IMG/VR virus record: IMGVR_UViG_3300045988_172778
Location: 82,530-146,529 of that record
Length of the DNA: 64,000 nucleotides
Origin: a virus
Reading direction: 5' to 3' (one strand)
Shown here: in pieces, positions 61,008 through 64,000 of the stretch
Layout of the letters: each line of letters opens with the position of its first letter
How positions within the stretch are numbered: position 1 is the stretch's first letter
Notes under the pieces: generated by a model
What the model was told of the DNA's origin: nothing
Database searches by the model: none
Seen by the model: only the letters and a program-made list of their open reading frames with translations
Made by a program: the position numbers and the translations under genes

Positions 61008-61478
61008 ATGATCGAAGAGGAAATCACCGAAAAGAAAACAAAAAAAGCGAAAAGAAGCAAACCGACCAATACGGTATATAACCCGCGTTCCGAGCAGTTG
61101 TGTTGGAATTGCAAACGTTGCACCAACGCGTCAGGTTACGAATGCCCATGGGCGGCAGACGGTACCCCGATTGAGGGTTGGACGGTTACGGGTGAAAAGG
61201 AATATTTTTACACAAACGGGACCACCAATAAAAAATACAGCCTCGGAATGAGCTACGATATAGTTGATTGCCCGTTGTTCATCAAAGATCGTGAATTTGC
61301 TTCTTACAAGGAAGAGGTGGCTGAAATCGCTCGGGTTCTTGACGTCGGGGATAATTATCTACGCACGGGAACCAGCAAGCAGAAGCTCTTTGATCGTTAC
61401 GAGCAGATTACGGGCAGGAAGGTACCGTATTACGTCAGACACCATACCGAAGAAAGGGGCGGCGAAATCGACCTGTAA
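61008..61478 (+). CDS. Cys-rich protein, paralog family D
   Basis: QLCWNCKR...CPWAADGTPIEGW...DCPLFIKDR. Confidence 0.65.
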   Translation: MIEEEITEKKTKKAKRSKPTNTVYNPRSEQLCWNCKRCTNASGYECPWAADGTPIEGWTVTGEKEYFYTNGTTNKKYSLGMSYDIVDCPLFIKDREFASYKEEVAEIARVLDVGDNYLRTGTSKQKLFDRYEQITGRKVPYYVRHHTEERGGEIDL

Positions 61479-61507
61479 AAAATTTTTAAAAAACCATGTT
61501 CAAACGC

Positions 61508-61536
61508 TTGACAAAAGGCGGCGGATATGTTATAAT
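61508..61536 (+). promoter_or_regulatory. sigma-A/sigma-70 consensus promoter
   Basis: TTGACA 61508-61513, 17-nt spacer containing GGCGGCGGA, TGt then TATAAT 61531-61536. Confidence 0.8.
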
Positions 61537-61544
61537 ATACTCGA

Positions 61545-61645
61545 CCATTGAAGATAGGTCATACGGCAGCGGGCTGAAATCTAAGAAGTCTATTGAATCC
61601 CCCATCCAATCCCTTAAATGCCCGCCGCCGCTCAATGGGATTGAA
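61545..61645 (+). promoter_or_regulatory. structured 5' leader with mutually exclusive helices (candidate cis-regulatory RNA)
   Basis: CCATTGA (61545-51) with TCAATGG (61632-38); CGGCAGCGGG (61564-73) with CCCGCCGCCG (61621-30); GGGATTG (61637-43) can pair with either AATCCC (61596-601) or CAATCCC (61607-13). Confidence 0.4.
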
Positions 61646-61671
61646 CAAAGAAGATGGGAAAAGGAGATAAG

Positions 61672-62001
61672 ATGAAGTATTATTCCGAAAAATTGGATAA
61701 GTTATTCGATACCGAAGAAGCTCTTTTCAAAGCCGAGAAGGCGGCGGACGAGGTTGAAAAGCAAGAGCTTGCAAAGCAGACGAAGTTGCTCACCGAAAAG
61801 CAAGAGGCGATAAAGGAGCTTCAGAGGCTTGGGACAGAGATAGTCGCTATAAGGAAGAGCCTTCGCGCAAAAGAGCAAGAGCAGGAAGAGCTTTATAAAA
61901 AGCTTTGCAGTTTAAACCCGAAGCAGCCCTTTAGCGTGTTATGTCGGTTCGAGGATTACGATTCGGTTTTCGATTACGTGAATGACATATTCAGACTATA
62001 A
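61672..62001 (+). CDS. coiled-coil hypothetical protein
   Basis: AAGGAG SD then ATG at 61672. Confidence 0.65.
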   Translation: MKYYSEKLDKLFDTEEALFKAEKAADEVEKQELAKQTKLLTEKQEAIKELQRLGTEIVAIRKSLRAKEQEQEELYKKLCSLNPKQPFSVLCRFEDYDSVFDYVNDIFRL

Positions 62002-62093
62002 CGGTCTACACCTCCGATGTATTATAAGTTTTTCTTGACAAATTAAAGACCTCCATAAAGATTGACCGTTTACCATAGCCGATAGGGCAAAGA

Positions 62094-62124
62094 AACCTCG
62101 AGTTAATTCTCGGGGTTTTCTTTT
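62094..62124 (+). terminator. rho-independent terminator
   Basis: AACCTCGAG (62094-62102) pairs with CTCGGGGTT (62109-62117), then TTTTCTTTT. Confidence 0.7.
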
Positions 62125-62231
62125 ACCCGAAGGGAGTATTCGCCTCCCGTTGGCTTGGAGCAGAGAGCAGAGTGGACGATTGGAAGGAGCGATAGCGACT
62201 TTTTCGCCCTTTAAGTATAAGTTTTTACTTT

Positions 62232-62257
62232 ATTGTTATAGATATACTATAAATAAG
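62232..62257 (+). repeat. 26-nt AT-rich direct repeat, copy 1
   Basis: ATTGTTATAGATATACTATAAATAAG. Confidence 0.7.
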
Positions 62258-62334
62258 TGTCTTTTAATAGTTCATAGTATTGTAGTATATTAGTGTATTA
62301 GTATTCTAACAGACTCTTTATAAGTGAAGAGTAT

Positions 62335-62360
62335 ATTGTTATAGATCTACTAAATATAAG
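62335..62360 (+). repeat. 26-nt AT-rich direct repeat, copy 2
   Basis: ATTGTTATAGATCTACTAAATATAAG. Confidence 0.7.
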
Positions 62361-62415
62361 AAAAAGAGAAATATATAAAGAGAAAAAGAATAAATAAAAT
62401 ATAGTAGAAAATTAC

Positions 62416-62444
62416 TTGACGAACAAAATAAATTATGATATAAT
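62416..62444 (+). promoter_or_regulatory. sigma-A/sigma-70 promoter
   Basis: TTGACG 62416-62421, 17-nt spacer, TGa then TATAAT 62439-62444. Confidence 0.75.
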
Positions 62445-62488
62445 AAAGATGAATGTAAAATTGGTAAATTATAAAGGAGAAAATAGAT

Positions 62489-63031
62489 ATGAAAGAATTG
62501 ACACATAAAATATTAACAAAACTTATTTCATTTGACAATTGTGTAAATAGAAGTAATGAAAACGAAAAATTGGGCGAGATAATAAATTTGTGTTCTGAAT
62601 ATCAAAAGCATGATTCTAAAGATATGAGAAATTTTAACAAAGGAAGACCTTTAGTTATAAACGATGTATCTTCCGCGCCAGAAGGATTTGTTCAGATTAA
62701 TATCCCAGATAAAAAATATTTAGATGGTTATTGTGTTAATAAAAAAGGAGAAATATTTAGTACAAAAACTCAGATTTATATGAAACTTTGTAAATCAAAA
62801 TCAGGATATTTGCATTTTAGTGTAACAGATAAAGGTAAAATTAAAATTGTTATGGTCCATAAAGCTGTTGCCTGTACCTTTTTGGAAAATCCGAATAATT
62901 ATCCAGTTATACATCACAAAGATCATGATAAAACTAATAATTGCGTTGATAATCTTGAATGGTGTACTTATGAAGACAACTCAAATTACTATCATTCTTT
63001 AATAAAAAATTCACCTGAATACAAAGGATAA
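62489..63031 (+). CDS. free-standing HNH homing endonuclease
   Basis: HHKDHDKTNNCVDNLEWCTYEDN (HNH) after a NUMOD4-like GYCVNKKGEIFS...SGYLHFSV region; very AT-rich; has its own promoter. Confidence 0.85.
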   Translation: MKELTHKILTKLISFDNCVNRSNENEKLGEIINLCSEYQKHDSKDMRNFNKGRPLVINDVSSAPEGFVQINIPDKKYLDGYCVNKKGEIFSTKTQIYMKLCKSKSGYLHFSVTDKGKIKIVMVHKAVACTFLENPNNYPVIHHKDHDKTNNCVDNLEWCTYEDNSNYYHSLIKNSPEYKG

Positions 63032-63138
63032 CTACTTTCGTTCCACGATGATAACCAACGCGAAATTCAGCGTAAAAAAACGCCCGCCGCCCGAACAAAA
63101 AAATCCCCGAATTTTTTTTAAAAACCGCCGTCAAACGC

Positions 63139-63167
63139 TTGACGATTTCTCCGCGTTGTGGTATAAT
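63139..63167 (+). promoter_or_regulatory. sigma-A/sigma-70 promoter
   Basis: TTGACG 63139-63144, 17-nt spacer, TGg then TATAAT 63162-63167; CGTCAA/TTGACG hairpin at the -35 box. Confidence 0.75.
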
Positions 63168-63217
63168 GTTCTCGTAAGTTGAGAGCGGCACAGCTCCGCC
63201 CCGCTTATCACGGTTTA

Positions 63218-63255
63218 TCCGCCGCCTTATAACACAGCATCTCCTCGGCGGCGGA
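63218..63255 (+). promoter_or_regulatory. perfect 9-bp G+C hairpin in a 5' UTR
   Basis: TCCGCCGCC (63218-63226) pairs with GGCGGCGGA (63247-63255), 20-nt loop, just upstream of the SD CAGGAGGG. Confidence 0.55.
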
Positions 63256-63277
63256 CAGACCACTCACAGGAGGGTTT

Positions 63278-63613
63278 ATGAAACTTGAATCTTGTCGCAA
63301 TCTTACAGGCGACGAAATCGAAACGACGATTACAATAACAGGCAACGGCGCTGACGGCTTTCGTGTCTACACGACCAGCAACTCGATGCTCACGAAAATC
63401 GGTAAACTCCTCGCCGTTCCTGACACGGCTTGGAAGCTTGAAAAGGTCGAGCGTTACTCCGACGGGGTTCCCTCGGGTTACTTCTTCACTTGCTCGGTTA
63501 AGAACTGCTTGTCTCTCAAAGCCAAAAAGAGAACAGGCAGAGAGATGACCGAAGAGGAAATAGAAGCGGCGGCGGTTAGGCTCGCTGCAAGCAGATCGAA
63601 GAAGAGAAGTTAA
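63278..63613 (+). CDS. hypothetical protein with basic C-terminus
   Basis: CAGGAGGG SD then ATG. Confidence 0.7.
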   Translation: MKLESCRNLTGDEIETTITITGNGADGFRVYTTSNSMLTKIGKLLAVPDTAWKLEKVERYSDGVPSGYFFTCSVKNCLSLKAKKRTGREMTEEEIEAAAVRLAASRSKKRS

Positions 63614-63659
63614 AATCAATTCTACGGTCAAAATTTATTGTTATAATCAATAAATAAAA

Positions 63660-63706
63660 GACAATTCGAGGTCGGGTTGAATACTCGCCTGTCTCGAAGT
63701 CTTTTT
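63660..63706 (+). terminator. terminator-like hairpin
   Basis: GAC..TTCGAG pairs with CTCGAAGTC, then T5. Confidence 0.5.
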
Positions 63707-63776
63707 CGGAAATTTATAGGCTAATCAATTGGCTCACTCGCAAAGTTCTTTTGCATACATAATACTCCTAAGAGGG

Positions 63777-63815
63777 GCGGCGGTCCGTATAGTTCGGGCT
63801 GCCGTTCTTTTTTTT
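63777..63815 (+). terminator. rho-independent terminator
   Basis: CGGCGGTCCG pairs with CGGGCTGCCG, then TTCTTTTTTTTT. Confidence 0.6.
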
Positions 63816-63840
63816 TATAGACGCGGGGCAGTCGTCTGGG

Positions 63841-63963
63841 GAAAATGAGGCGTCCATGGTGGTCGAGAAAAATGGGCGCGTTCATGCGATTTGAGCGTGA
63901 GCGAAAAAATGGGGCGGCGCATTGGGAAGAAAAAAGGGGTGGCGGAGGAAAGAAAATGCGCCC
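63841..63963 (+). repeat. array of five GAAAA(A)TG(G)GGCG-type iterons
   Basis: GAAAATGAGGCG 63841, GAAAAATGGGCG 63867, GAAAAAATGGGGCGG 63903, GAAAAAAGGGGTGGCGG about 63928, GAAAATGCGCC about 63952; spacing 23-36 nt. Confidence 0.6.
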
Positions 63964-64000
63964 TGGGGGTTAAATAGCCCGCATAGTAAGGGCTGCTGGG

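Noticed and set aside
60419-61126. 235-aa ORF on the minus strand. Other long minus-strand ORFs include 5841-6353, 7476-8009, 14365-14856, 27031-27501 and 48989-49396.
   Set aside because: Every one lies antisense to a + strand gene that has a clear SD and recognisable motifs or paralogs. Their translations are low-complexity F/I/L/S/R-rich, as expected for the antisense of K/E/N-rich coding sequence. None has an SD or a promoter on the minus strand.
62035-62040. TTGACA hexamer after the gene at 61672
   Set aside because: No TATAAT-like -10 lies at 16-18 nt; the nearest is CATAAA at 13 nt. A terminator follows immediately, so this is probably a chance -35 match.
63845-63973. 42-aa basic ORF through the terminal iterons
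   Set aside because: Its apparent periodic sequence only mirrors the DNA repeats. It sits after two terminators with no promoter and only a weak SD.
1-64000. Genome-wide stop-codon reassignment (TAG or TGA recoding), suggested by the in-frame TAG at 30497 and the odd tRNA
   Set aside because: Very long ORFs (1071, 788, 588 and 523 aa) are intact in the standard code. TAG is used as a normal terminator followed by an SD and start at 23716-23718 and 24533-24535. No CUA- or UCA-anticodon tRNA was found in the array.
1-64000. CRISPR arrays, rRNA genes, transposase or IS elements, and inteins or introns in dnaE or the helicases
   Set aside because: No regularly spaced 25-40-nt repeat array was seen. 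There is no rRNA-like sequence and no transposase or integrase motifs in any translation. The DnaE, DnaB-like and RecD-like ORFs are continuous, with motifs in the normal order and spacing.

Overview
This window reads as one co-directional block of a large tailed dsDNA phage or prophage. All credible genes are on the + strand. The host appears to use low-GC Gram-positive-type signals, namely GGAGG Shine-Dalgarno sites and perfect sigma-A promoters. About 115 tightly packed ORFs are mostly small and of unknown function. Among them is a recognisable replication, recombination and repair set: Toprim primase, PHP-type DnaE polymerase flanked by two homing-endonuclease genes, Cas4/RecB-like nuclease, RuvC-like resolvase, N6-adenine methyltransferase, DenV-like glycosylase, ERF annealase, DnaB-like helicase and RecD2-like helicase. 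Accessory genes include a GT2-TPR glycosyltransferase, an SPFH/prohibitin protein, a TerD-like protein, a membrane-anchored KH protein, NADAR, a metallophosphoesterase, a class-3 lipase, a papain-like peptidase, an HPr-like protein and a CYTH-like protein. No capsid, tail or terminase genes are recognisable. Transcription is organised by 21 near-identical TTGACA-17-TGnTATAAT promoters, and many have the -35 box inside the loop or 3' arm of an upstream terminator hairpin. The most unusual feature is a roughly 3.1-kb RNA island at 41963-45054. It begins with 1.08 kb of ORF-free, helix-dense sequence, a candidate giant structured ncRNA of GOLLD/ROOL-like context. This leads into seven CCA-encoding tRNAs separated by unusually long spacers. 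One tRNA combines a Leu-type long-arm body with Gln-type ends and anticodon. The island also holds a tRNA 5'-half copy and a CCA-ended minihelix. A kinase/HD plus RNA ligase repair pair follows the island. Other points of interest are two or three apparent +1 frame breaks, one of them at an A7 run. There is also an amber-interrupted DUF551 paralog. A GGCGGCGG motif is enriched in the last 6 kb, and there are structured 5' leaders and an iteron array at the window end. All functional calls rest on motifs read by eye from the translations, and no database search was possible.
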